Shown: piece after piece, positions 1-8,670 of the stretch
Layout of the letters: every line of letters begins with the position of its first letter
How positions within the stretch are numbered: the first letter of the stretch is position 1
NCBI GenBank assembly: GCA_963735595.1
Contig: CAVTLK010000002.1
Span: 256,001 to 320,000, forward strand
Origin: an uncultured delta proteobacterium
Lineage (GTDB): Bacteria > Desulfobacterota > Zymogenia > Zymogenales > Zymogenaceae
Length of the DNA stretch: 64,000 nucleotides
Reading direction: 5' to 3'
Notes under the pieces: model-generated
Databases searched by the model: none
The model's input: the letters and a program-made list of their open reading frames with translations, nothing else
What the model was told of the DNA's origin: nothing
Translations under genes and position numbers: made by a program

Positions 1-1
1 G

Positions 2-1213
2 GTATGGCCTCTCGTTTGCGGGACATTACTGGGCGTTCTTTTATTGCTCCCCGTTATCCGGCGGGCCTACAAAATCACATGGGGCAAGGCGACCGTGGTA
101 TGGTCCGTCTTCGGGATCGCTCAAATTGTAATCGTGCTGTCGGGTTTGTACCTCGTCGGTTGGATGCGACCCCTAGATCTGAGTTTTTTAAGCCCGTCCG
201 GTACTGCGGGCGAAGGCGCCGCTCCGGCTATTTTGGAGGGCGTCATCCCGGGCGGCCCGCGTATTGCGATTGCCCCTCAGTTTGACAATGCGGGTAATTT
301 CAGCGAGGGGCTGGCGCGTGTTATGTTTCTGAGGAAATTGTTCCCTGCTCTGCTCCCCGGGAAGTGGGGATACGTAGATAAGGAGGGCAATATGGTTATA
401 AAACCCCGGTTCCGCGAAGCCGGAGATTTCAATGAGGGATTGGCACGGGTCGCCGTGTGGTGGGACTATGGTTATATAGATAAGACGGGCGCAATCGTCA
501 TAAAACCCCAGTTCGACGAAGCCGGAGATTTCAGCGAAGGATTGGCGCGGGTCGTGGTGAAATCGAAGTTCGGTTACATAGATAAGACGGGCGATTTCGT
601 TATACAACCTCAATTTAACTGGGCCGGGGATTTCAGCGAGGGGTTGGCACGAGTCTTGGCCGGTGGTAAATACGGCTATATCGATCGGACGGGAAAGACG
701 GTTATCGCCCCGCAGTTCGAGGGTGCAGGGAGGTTCAGCGAGGGGCTGGCATGGGTTAAGGTGGGGAGGTATGAGTATGGTTATATAGACACGACCGGGA
801 AGATGGCCATCAATCCGTGGTTTGAAAATGTCTCTGATTTCCATGAAGGTCTGGCGGCTGTTATGATTACTAGTGATCATTGGGGCTTTATAGACAAGAA
901 AGGAAATGTAGCGGTGAAGGAAGGTCCTTGGGAAGCTGGGGATTTCAGCGAAGGGTTGGCACGGGTTGATGTTGAGTTTTCGCATTTATGGGCCTATATA
1001 GATAAGACACGGAATTTCGTCGTGGACTTCAAATTCACTGATGCGCGGGATTTCAGTGAGGGACTGGCAGCGGTTAGGTCGGGGAAATGGGGCTATATAG
1101 ACAAATCCGGGAAATATATAGTAACCCCGACATTTGACGAAGCCTTGGATTTCAAAGAAGGCATGGCACCAGTCAAAGTAGGCGACAAATGGGGATACTT
1201 GGTGATTAAATAA
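2..1213 (+). CDS. WG (KWG) repeat-containing membrane-anchored protein, 5'-partial
   Basis: About seven repeats of FSEGLA(R/A)V...K(W/Y/F)GYID(K/R)xG; hydrophobic N-terminal segments; frame is open back to the window start. Confidence 0.9.
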   Translation, partial: VWPLVCGTLLGVLLLLPVIRRAYKITWGKATVVWSVFGIAQIVIVLSGLYLVGWMRPLDLSFLSPSGTAGEGAAPAILEGVIPGGPRIAIAPQFDNAGNFSEGLARVMFLRKLFPALLPGKWGYVDKEGNMVIKPRFREAGDFNEGLARVAVWWDYGYIDKTGAIVIKPQFDEAGDFSEGLARVVVKSKFGYIDKTGDFVIQPQFNWAGDFSEGLARVLAGGKYGYIDRTGKTVIAPQFEGAGRFSEGLAWVKVGRYEYGYIDTTGKMAINPWFENVSDFHEGLAAVMITSDHWGFIDKKGNVAVKEGPWEAGDFSEGLARVDVEFSHLWAYIDKTRNFVVDFKFTDARDFSEGLAAVRSGKWGYIDKSGKYIVTPTFDEALDFKEGMAPVKVGDKWGYLVIK

Positions 1214-1700
1214 AGGAGTGAGTAAGCTGCCGGAGAGGCAGGTGCGATATACTCGTGGATCGTGTGAATATGAGAATCTTAGGCAAGGTTACGCTTAACC
1301 CATCAGTGGGTCTTGTGACAAGAAGCCCTCTAGTAATACAGGACTTCTTCCCTTTTTCGACTTATACGAGGGCTCTAACGAATAGAGAACCCTCTTCCTT
1401 TAAAACACACCACCGAAACGCCTCGATATACTCCCCCCGTATATCCTTAACGGAATACTTAAAACTAGCGCTTTGCGCATTTGATATTCGAATGGCCCAA
1501 GAGTTTTTCGCCTTAGCAAGGCTCTAGGACAGTTGAGAAAGTTGTTAGCGAGGCAATGAGGTAAGCGTGTGGGAGAAGATCGATTCCGTGAATTTTCCTG
1601 CAAAGTAAAAAATAGAGCTGTTTCTGCTCCCTATAGACATGACTACCGGACTTCGGATAAATAGGTCATGACGCACATAAACGACATTATATATCTCCAA

Positions 1701-1814
1701 GATTCCCTGGAATGCTCTACAATTCCCTCAAATTCCTTCGGATTCACTATTTTCTATGACACTTTTTGTAACACCAATTATTAAGGGGCCAGATAATTTT
1801 CTAACCCCTTAATA
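1701..1814. repeat. att-like relic next to the tRNA 3' end: five 10-bp-phased RATTCCYT-like units, a TGACAC/TAACAC pair and a hairpin
   Basis: gattccctgg aatgctctac aattccctca aattccttcg gattcactat (1701-1750); tgacac ttttt gtaacac (1757-1774); tattaagggg...ccccttaata (1779-1814). Confidence 0.5.
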
Positions 1815-1826
1815 GTATTAGTCAAT

Positions 1827-1902
1827 TGGTGCCGCAGCCCGGGATTGAACCGGGGACACTCGGATTTTCAGTCCGATGCTCTACCAGCTGAGCTACCGCG
1901 GC
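1827..1902 (-). tRNA. tRNA-Phe (GAA)
   Basis: Reverse complement GCCGCGGTAGCTCAGCTGGTAGAGCATCGGACTGAAAATCCGAGTGTCCCCGGTTCAATCCCGGGCTGCGGCACCA: 76-nt cloverleaf, GAA anticodon, encoded CCA. Confidence 0.98.
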
Positions 1903-1917
1903 TTTTTGCGAATTGTT

Positions 1918-1946
1918 ATAGTAATAAAACCGGCGGGTTTTGTCAA
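1918..1946 (-). promoter_or_regulatory. sigma70-type promoter of tRNA-Phe
   Basis: TTGACA-17 bp-TACTAT on the minus strand, 15 bp upstream of the tRNA. Confidence 0.75.
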
Positions 1947-1983
1947 GTGTTTTTTCTCCCCGGGACCGGGTCCCGCGTCTCCC

Positions 1984-2724
1984 CTAAGCCTCACCAGTCC
2001 CACCGGCCGGCGTCCCGACGGCCGCCAGATAGAGTATCGATTCCTCCCGCCCGTCAACGCCCAGGATCTCGTTGACCTCGTCATCATACAGCGCCGCGAC
2101 GGGACAGGCCGAGAGGTTCAGTGCCTCCGCCGCCAGGAGGAGATTGCCGGCGATGTGCGCCGCGTCAAGATACACGTACCGGTATGCCCGCTCCAGGTAC
2201 TTGGCCGCCGATCGGCCGAAGACCGCGGTCCAGAGAAAAACGGCGCCCGCGCCGCCGACCATCGACTGGCCGAGCGCGGCCTCGGCAAGCCGTGCCGACA
2301 GGTCGCCCTCGCGCACGAGGCTCAGCGTATGGTCCTTCACCCCGTAGTGATAGATCCCGCCGGCGAGTCCGGTCACGGCGCGGACCTCGACGTATGTCTC
2401 GATGGGGAACAGCGCGCCGGCCGAGGGGGCCGTTCTCAAGACGTAGCCGCCGTACGTCCCGGTGGCCCCCGACGCCGCCCAGAGGAGCCGGGACAGCTCC
2501 TCCAGACCCAGAGGGACGCTGCCAAAGTCCCGGGAGCTCCTCCTCTTGCCCAGCGCTTCCCAGAGGGGCATCCCTCCCTCAGCCGCGGCCGGGGGCAGGG
2601 GCGTTTTCGGGGCGCCGGGGTAGGTCTTGAACGGAGCGGGGACCTGTTCCGTCCCGTAGTGTCCCGCGGCGATCTTTCCGCGGGTATATTTCGTTTCCTC
2701 CTGGAACTCCCTTCCGATTCCCAT
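1984..2724 (-). CDS. SagB/ThcOx-family FMN-dependent dehydrogenase (nitroreductase fold)
   Basis: RRSSRDF, RTAPSAGALFPIETY, KYLERAYRYVYLDAAHIAGNLLL motifs. Confidence 0.9.
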   Translation of the reverse strand: MGIGREFQEETKYTRGKIAAGHYGTEQVPAPFKTYPGAPKTPLPPAAAEGGMPLWEALGKRRSSRDFGSVPLGLEELSRLLWAASGATGTYGGYVLRTAPSAGALFPIETYVEVRAVTGLAGGIYHYGVKDHTLSLVREGDLSARLAEAALGQSMVGGAGAVFLWTAVFGRSAAKYLERAYRYVYLDAAHIAGNLLLAAEALNLSACPVAALYDDEVNEILGVDGREESILYLAAVGTPAGGTGEA

Positions 2725-2785
2725 TTTTGCCTCGCTTCGCGGGGGCCGCCTCGCTTTATGCCGGGCGCGGGGCGTGAAATCCCGT

Positions 2786-2816
2786 AAAAAAAAGGGCGGG
2801 AGACGATCTCCCGCCC
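2786..2816 (-). terminator. Intrinsic terminator after the TMEM43-family gene
   Basis: GGGCGGGAGA-TCG-TCTCCCGCCC followed by T8 on the minus strand. Confidence 0.8.
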
Positions 2817-2838
2817 GATAAAGCTCGATAGCGCGCGT

Positions 2839-3993
2839 CTATGCGGCGGGCTTCGGCGCGGCCTTTTTCTTGCTGATGAGGCGCGCGATGAGAAATACGA
2901 GGCCCGCAATGATTACAAGGGTGATTATCAGGGCGATGGGACTGTGCGCGATCATCGAGACAATGATGGTGACAATCGAAAGCCCCAGCGCCACGAAGAA
3001 CATGACGATGGCGACCATCCCGCGGCCGACGTTTCCGAGAAACGGCAGCACGTCCAGGACCGCGTTGATCGGCGCAAAGCACATCGCCAGGCCGATCCAC
3101 ATCATCAGGAAGCCGACCAGCCTCAGGATCCATCCGACGGTTTTATGTTCCTGGGACAGCGTTGCAATCGCCTCTTCCCTTGTCCCGAAGCGGGCGTGAT
3201 AGAGCCTGTCCTCACCCTTGTAGATGAAGGGGACGATCTGCCCGCCGGTGAGCTGCCCGAAGACGGTCATGTTTATATCGGATGCGAGCGCCGTGTAGTG
3301 TATCCGTAAATCGCCGACGACCGGGGCGGTGCTGCTGCCATAGTAGCCGTAGCCGCCCGGCTTGATGAAGATGTAGTTCCCGTTGAGGGAGCCGGCGAAC
3401 TTCGAATTGACCATCGAGGTATTGAGGACTACCTCCGATTGTCCCGGAAGCGAGAGGCCCTTGACGTCCACGGGGTAGACGCCCACGAAGGCGGTGTTCA
3501 CGTAAAAGGCCTGATCCTGATACGGCATGGGCGGGTTGGTGTGGCCGGCGGGGTCCTTGAACGTGGACGAATCGGCAGGCGACGACGTCCACTCCTGGAC
3601 GTAGCTATACGTCGTGGTCGTGGTCTCGCTGCCGCCCACGTTCTTTTCGGTCGTGGATTCGGACTTCTCGACCCAGGCGTACATCTCGACGTTCCTGGTC
3701 AGGGTGAGGTATTTGCCGGGATTAAAGAATTCCGGGTCGCCGATCGTCTCGTAGGATGAGAGCATTCCCGTTACCGAGACGCCCTTACCCTCGTGGGTGA
3801 CGTCCAGTACGGCGGCGTCGATGGGGACCGTCTCCTTCATGGCGACCTTGGATATATCGGTCCTTCCCTCGTTTACCCAGAGGACGACGAAGGACGCCAG
3901 GAAGAGGATGATGCCGAATACGACCCCCTTGATCGACTCGGTGATCTTGCTTCCCCAGCTTTTCGTGGTGACTTCGGTAATCTTATTGGCCAT
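2839..3993 (-). CDS. TMEM43 (DUF1625) family membrane protein
   Basis: LWVNEGR, LTRNVEMYAWVE, YxxEWxS, PxVGDLRIHY, and C-terminal TM helices with WILRLVGFLMMWIGL. Confidence 0.88.
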   Translation of the reverse strand: MANKITEVTTKSWGSKITESIKGVVFGIILFLASFVVLWVNEGRTDISKVAMKETVPIDAAVLDVTHEGKGVSVTGMLSSYETIGDPEFFNPGKYLTLTRNVEMYAWVEKSESTTEKNVGGSETTTTTYSYVQEWTSSPADSSTFKDPAGHTNPPMPYQDQAFYVNTAFVGVYPVDVKGLSLPGQSEVVLNTSMVNSKFAGSLNGNYIFIKPGGYGYYGSSTAPVVGDLRIHYTALASDINMTVFGQLTGGQIVPFIYKGEDRLYHARFGTREEAIATLSQEHKTVGWILRLVGFLMMWIGLAMCFAPINAVLDVLPFLGNVGRGMVAIVMFFVALGLSIVTIIVSMIAHSPIALIITLVIIAGLVFLIARLISKKKAAPKPAA

Positions 3994-4140
3994 GATTTAC
4001 TCCTTTTTTATGCCAAACCAAGTATTGAATAGATACCGAGATAATTGTACACTATGACGGTATAATTAGACAACACTTTATTATACCGTTATTATCAGTA
4101 TGTGATATAATTCACACATTTGACTACTATCCATACAAAA

Positions 4141-4854
4141 ATGAAATCGATATACCTCTTTTCCCCCTGGACCCTCAAAGGCGACCTCCGGCTCGTTATC
4201 CCGGCGATAGCCTCGTTTATTTCCAACGTCCTGATCTTTCCGAGACGCAGTATGTACGCGGCGGCCCTGCGGGGGATTGTCCTTTCGCCGCTCATGGCGG
4301 GCCCGTGCCGCGTGCGGTTTGTCATGAAGCGCGTAACCATGGAAGACCCCGGGCGGGTCTTCCTGGATACGGACGCCGTGGTGCGGGAAGACGTGCTGGT
4401 CAAGGGGGGGCTCACCGTGGGGGCGCGCAGCTTCCTGGGCCCGGAGAGCATCTTCGTCGGCCCCGTGACGATCGGGTCGGACGTCAACATGAACTACCGG
4501 TGCGAGGCCTACGCCGGGACGGTGATCGGCGACCGCTGTTCCATCGGGCCCGGCGTGAAGTTCCTGACCATGGCCCACGAGATGGGCTCGGAGGACTTCC
4601 GGGCGGGCAACTTTTACAGCGAACCCATCAGTGTGGGGGACGGGGCGTGGATCGGCGGGTACTCGGTGGTTCTGGGGGGGGTGAGCATCGGGAAGGGGGC
4701 CGTGGTGGGGGCGGGGTCGCTGGTGACCAGGGACGTGCCGGACAACACGCTGGTGCTGGGCCACCCCGCGAAGGTTGTCAAGAGGCTGGGGCCCGGCTAC
4801 GGCGGCGGCCCGCCGGGCAGCCCCAAACGGCCGAAAACGATCAGGTGGGCGTAG
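4141..4854 (+). CDS. Hexapeptide-repeat acyltransferase (maltose/galactoside O-acetyltransferase-like); start uncertain
   Basis: VIGDRCSIGPGVKFLTMAHE, PISVGDGAWIGG, GVSIGKGAVVGAGSLVTRDVP..GHPAKVV. Confidence 0.85.
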   Translation: MKSIYLFSPWTLKGDLRLVIPAIASFISNVLIFPRRSMYAAALRGIVLSPLMAGPCRVRFVMKRVTMEDPGRVFLDTDAVVREDVLVKGGLTVGARSFLGPESIFVGPVTIGSDVNMNYRCEAYAGTVIGDRCSIGPGVKFLTMAHEMGSEDFRAGNFYSEPISVGDGAWIGGYSVVLGGVSIGKGAVVGAGSLVTRDVPDNTLVLGHPAKVVKRLGPGYGGGPPGSPKRPKTIRWA

Positions 4855-4980
4855 GGGAGCATTCCGGGGCGCGCCGCTCCCAAAGAAGAGCCCCGGACGG
4901 CGGCAGATGCCGGTTTCCCATGAATACTCGTATGGATCGATACATAGTCCGAAATATCCCGTATCTGGAGGGCTAACGGC

Positions 4981-5997
4981 GTGACCTATCAATTTACCCC
5001 GCTGGTTTTTACGTTCGTCATCAACGCGTGCGCTGCGGTCTTCTTCGCGTTTTTCGCCTGGTCGAGGCGCCAGAATCCGGGGGGGAGGCCCTTTGCCTTC
5101 CTGATGGTAGCCCTCGGGATGTGGAGCCTCTCCTGGTCGCTGGAGGCCGCGGCGGTCGACCGGGTCGTGAAGATCCTGTGGGCGCAGGTCGCCTACTTCG
5201 GGATCGCCACAACCGGGGTGTTATGGCTCTTGTTTGCCGCCGACTTCGCCCGGAAAGCGCAATGGTTTACGAAAAAACGGTTGCTGCTGCTTGCCGCGAT
5301 CCCGGCGGCGACCATCGTGATGGTCTTTACCAATGACCTCCACCGGTTGATATGGACGAGCATCAGCCCGGATTCCGTCTCCGTCTACAACCTGCTCGTC
5401 TACCGGCACGGGCCGTGGTTCTGGCTATTGGTGGCATACAACTACACGACGTTCGTTTTCGGGACGATACTCCTTCTCAGGGCCTTCCGGCACTATACGA
5501 TGCTCTACCGGCTCCAGGCCGTCCTCGTGGTAATCGGGGCGCTGCTGCCGTTGACGGGAAACGTCCTGTACGTGTCGGGGTTGAGCCCCGTGCCCGGGCT
5601 TGACCTGACACACTTCGGTTTTACCGTGGCCGGCTTGATATTTTCGCTGACGATCTTTCGCTACAAGATATTTGACCTTCGGGCCTTTGCCCGGGATGTC
5701 GTGGTGGAAATGATGAGCGACGGCTTTCTGCTGATGGACGAAGCCAATAAGATTATCGACATGAACCCCGCCGCCACGCGCTTCTTCGCTTCCCCCGGAT
5801 TCCATGCCCTTGGCGTGACCGTCGAGGAGGCCTCCGTCAACTGGTCGAGGATGACAAGCCTGCTGGACGATACGGACCAGAGCCACCTGGAGATCATGAT
5901 CGGCGACCGGACATACAAGATACGCTCGTCGCCCGTTGCGGCCCAGAGCGGATACGTGCGGGGGCGTGTCCTCTTCATCGTGGACGTTTCCCGTTAG
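4981..5997 (+). CDS. HisKA_7TM-type membrane sensor plus PAS domain, with no output domain
   Basis: Seven hydrophobic helices with TNDLHRLIW/GPWFW/LDLT motifs, then a PAS domain (MSDGFLLMD..IIDMNPAA...GRVLFIVDVS) and a stop codon. Confidence 0.82.
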   Translation: MTYQFTPLVFTFVINACAAVFFAFFAWSRRQNPGGRPFAFLMVALGMWSLSWSLEAAAVDRVVKILWAQVAYFGIATTGVLWLLFAADFARKAQWFTKKRLLLLAAIPAATIVMVFTNDLHRLIWTSISPDSVSVYNLLVYRHGPWFWLLVAYNYTTFVFGTILLLRAFRHYTMLYRLQAVLVVIGALLPLTGNVLYVSGLSPVPGLDLTHFGFTVAGLIFSLTIFRYKIFDLRAFARDVVVEMMSDGFLLMDEANKIIDMNPAATRFFASPGFHALGVTVEEASVNWSRMTSLLDDTDQSHLEIMIGDRTYKIRSSPVAAQSGYVRGRVLFIVDVSR

Positions 5998-6068
5998 GGA
6001 GCGGTATACCCGCCCCAGAGCATTAAGGCGTCACCGTAATGCGGAAACGCGCTTCTTAGGTGAGCTGC

Positions 6069-6138
6069 CGGACACGACAAGTCGTGTCCCTACGGGCGAT
6101 AAGCATGTTACCCGTAGGGACACCATTTATGGTATCCG
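6069..6138. repeat. GTAG-family REP doublet (two inverted hairpin units)
   Basis: CCCGTAGGGACACGAC-TT-GTCGTGTCC (minus strand, 6070-6096) and CCCGTAGGGACACCAT-TT-ATGGTATCC (plus strand, 6111-6137). Confidence 0.75.
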
Positions 6139-6186
6139 TCTTGTGTTTTACCCGTCATCGAGAGGGGCATCCCCTCCCTTTTACCG

Positions 6187-6215
6187 TTGACAGCCCCTGT
6201 CCCCCCCACTATAAT
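6187..6215 (+). promoter_or_regulatory. Perfect-consensus sigma70 promoter of the MFS-hydrolase operon
   Basis: TTGACA-17 bp-TATAAT. Confidence 0.85.
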
Positions 6216-6234
6216 CGAAGCACTATCTTTTGTT

Positions 6235-6325
6235 ATACGGAATTGCGGGGACACGTACGTAATTACCTTTTCTCAATTTAAACGGAACATGTACTAATTA
6301 CGTACATGTCCCCGTAATTCCGTAT
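6235..6325. repeat. 31-bp inverted-repeat element (MITE/REPIN-like)
   Basis: ATACGGAATTGCGGGGACACGTACGTAATTA (6235-6265) matches the reverse complement of 6295-6325 at 29/31 positions; 29-bp spacer. Confidence 0.8.
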
Positions 6326-6350
6326 CTAATGTTAATAGAGGAGGACTCAT

Positions 6351-7640
6351 ATGTCCGGTACATCCCCATCTATGACAAAATCCCATGCGATCTATGCCCT
6401 GGTGGTGCTGGTGCTCATCAACTCGGTCAACTACATGGACCGGGCCGTGGTGAGCGTGCTGGCGCCGCTCATCGGCAAAGACCTCTCGCTCACCGATACC
6501 CAGCTCGGCATCATCGGCGGGCTGGCATTCACGCTATTCTACGCCATCATGGCCCTGCCGATCGGCGCGGCGGTCGACCGTTTCACGCGAAAATACGTGC
6601 TTTCGGCCGGCATCCTGGTCTGGAGCGGTGCGGTCTTCCTCACGGGGCTGGCCGGCAGTTTCGGGAGCCTCTTTGCCGCGCGGGCGCTGACCGGCGCCGG
6701 CGAGTCGTCGGCCCATCCGTCGGGGGTCTCGCTGTTGGGCGATTACTTCTCCCAAAAGGTCAGGACGATCGCCATCGCCGTGTTCCAGATGGGCGTGCCG
6801 TTAGGGGCAGGCATCGGCCTGATCGTCGGTGGAATACTGGCCCAGAAATACGGGTGGCAGAAGACCTTCTTCATCTACGCCATCCCCGGCCTCATCCTTA
6901 TCCCCTTTATCCTGTTGACCCGTGACCCGGTGCGGGGCGTGCAGGAGGGGCTGACGGCGGCCGACCGCCAGGGTATATCGAGGCAGGACTTCTTCACCAA
7001 GGTGGGAAAGATCCTCTCCACCAAGACCCTCGTCTACCATTACATCGCCACGGCCCTCATCCAGCTCGGCATACAGGGATACGCCTTCTGGATGCCGACC
7101 TACCTGGTCAGGGAGCGGGGGTACGACATCGCGGCGGCGGGCAAGCTCGCCGGCATCGCGATGCTGGCCGGCGGGATCGTCGGGGCGCTGGGCGGGGCGA
7201 TCATAGCAGACCTCTGGTTCAGGAAAGATAAAACCGCCCGGCTCAAGGTCCAGACCATCGCCGCCGCGGCGGCGATTCCCTTCGTGATCATCAGCTACCT
7301 TGCCGTCTCCAACGCCATCATGATACCGGCAATCTTTATCGCGATTATTCTGTCTATCGCGATGTTCCCGATCCTGTCCGCGGTCATCGTCGACCTCGTG
7401 GAACCCCAGGACCGGGGCGTCGGGATGGCGCTCCTGCTGCTGCTGCAGACCGGCATCGGCTATTCCCTCGGCCCGCCGCTCATCGGCTGGATCAGCGACC
7501 TGTCCTCCTCCCTCTTTAAGGGACTGCTGGTCGTCCCGATTGCGTACGTTTTGGTCATCGTCGCGGGGATCGCGGCTATTCGGCTGTTCTCTGCCGATTA
7601 CGCGACCGTGCAGGCGCGGATCGCGAAGCTGCATAAATAG
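6351..7640 (+). CDS. MFS transporter (spinster-like)
   Basis: NYMDRAVVSVL, motif A GAAVDRFTRK, ARALTGAGESS; about 12 TM helices; GGAGG RBS. Confidence 0.92.
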   Translation: MSGTSPSMTKSHAIYALVVLVLINSVNYMDRAVVSVLAPLIGKDLSLTDTQLGIIGGLAFTLFYAIMALPIGAAVDRFTRKYVLSAGILVWSGAVFLTGLAGSFGSLFAARALTGAGESSAHPSGVSLLGDYFSQKVRTIAIAVFQMGVPLGAGIGLIVGGILAQKYGWQKTFFIYAIPGLILIPFILLTRDPVRGVQEGLTAADRQGISRQDFFTKVGKILSTKTLVYHYIATALIQLGIQGYAFWMPTYLVRERGYDIAAAGKLAGIAMLAGGIVGALGGAIIADLWFRKDKTARLKVQTIAAAAAIPFVIISYLAVSNAIMIPAIFIAIILSIAMFPILSAVIVDLVEPQDRGVGMALLLLLQTGIGYSLGPPLIGWISDLSSSLFKGLLVVPIAYVLVIVAGIAAIRLFSADYATVQARIAKLHK

Positions 7641-7694
7641 GCCCGACAAAAGGCGGGGCGGGCGGAAGTCGCCGCCCGCCGGGGGGAGATAGAG

Positions 7695-8552
7695 ATGTCC
7701 CTTGAAGAGCTTTACCCTTATTCCGTAAAACGGATCACGCTGGCCGACCACGACTGCGCCTATATAGACGAGGGCAGACGCGGGACGCCGATGCTGTTCC
7801 TCCACGGTTTTTCGGTCAACCTGGCCAGCTTCGCGAAAAGTTACCCCCACTTCATCAAGAACCACCGGGTCATCGCACTGGATTACCCCGGCTACTACCT
7901 CTCCGAGAAGAAGGACGCACCCTACGACATCCCCTTCATGGCGCGGGCCGTCGCCGAGCTGCTGGACAAACTGAATCTCACAAAGGCGGTGCTGGTGGGA
8001 AGCTCGATGGGTGGGGCGATTGCGCTGGAGGCGGCCCTGTTGAGGCCGCAGGCGGTCGGGGCGCTCGTCCTGGCGGCGCCGGTAGGGTTTTCGGGAAGAA
8101 ACGTCCTTCTGTCTTGGATCGTCGGCCTGCAGCGGATGCTGCTGCCGAGGGAAAAGGTCATCGCGACGATGTCCGCGCGGCTTCCCGGCCGGGTAGCGGC
8201 CTTTTTCGTCGATAAGAGTAACCCCGCCGCCGACAAGATCCGCGCGGCCTACGAAAAGATGAAGGGGCGCGGCGACTACGGCCTCTGGATCATGGCCCTG
8301 GTCCGCATGGCGCAATCGGTGCTCAGTGCGGACCTGACGAGGCGGGCGCGGGGCGCCGCGCTGCCGACGCTCATTATCTGGGGCGACGGGGACCGGGTGC
8401 TGCCCCCGGCGGGAGCCGAAAGGGCGAAGCGGGCGATGGGCGACTGGGCCACGGTCGTCATGATTCACGGCGTGGGCCACCTGCCGTTTATCGAGGCCGC
8501 CGATCGGTTTCACACGGAGGTAGACGGTTTCCTGACTTCCATCGACCTGTAG
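7695..8552 (+). CDS. Alpha/beta hydrolase
   Basis: FLHGF, ALDYPGY, GSSMGG nucleophile elbow, WGDGD, GVGHLP. Confidence 0.92.
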   Translation: MSLEELYPYSVKRITLADHDCAYIDEGRRGTPMLFLHGFSVNLASFAKSYPHFIKNHRVIALDYPGYYLSEKKDAPYDIPFMARAVAELLDKLNLTKAVLVGSSMGGAIALEAALLRPQAVGALVLAAPVGFSGRNVLLSWIVGLQRMLLPREKVIATMSARLPGRVAAFFVDKSNPAADKIRAAYEKMKGRGDYGLWIMALVRMAQSVLSADLTRRARGAALPTLIIWGDGDRVLPPAGAERAKRAMGDWATVVMIHGVGHLPFIEAADRFHTEVDGFLTSIDL

Positions 8553-8593
8553 GCATAGGCCGACGCCGGCCGGGACCGGGATTATCATCAGAC

Positions 8594-8628
8594 AAAAAGC
8601 AGCAAGGGAGGCATTAGCCTCCCTTGCT
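8594..8628 (-). terminator. Hairpin terminator between convergent genes
   Basis: AGCAAGGGAGGC-ATTA-GCCTCCCTTGCT 12-bp stem with a T-tract on the minus strand. Confidence 0.7.
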
Positions 8629-8670
8629 CATATATAGTACGGGACGCTCGGATGCGCCCGGGCGAATCTA

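Noticed and set aside
280..1200. Regularly spaced DNA repeats (gatttcagcgaggg..., ggttatatagataag) resembling a CRISPR array or DGR
   Set aside because: They are in-frame WG protein repeats with synonymous variation; no cas or reverse transcriptase gene is present
1255..1603. Short ORFs near the tRNA, including SPTRLPHCLANNFL, faintly like an integrase HxLRH box
   Set aside because: Catalytic residues are absent and the similarity is too weak to call without a search
1984..2724. SagB/ThcOx gene as a sign of a RiPP (TOMM) cluster
   Set aside because: No YcaO, precursor peptide or transporter nearby; stand-alone members are common
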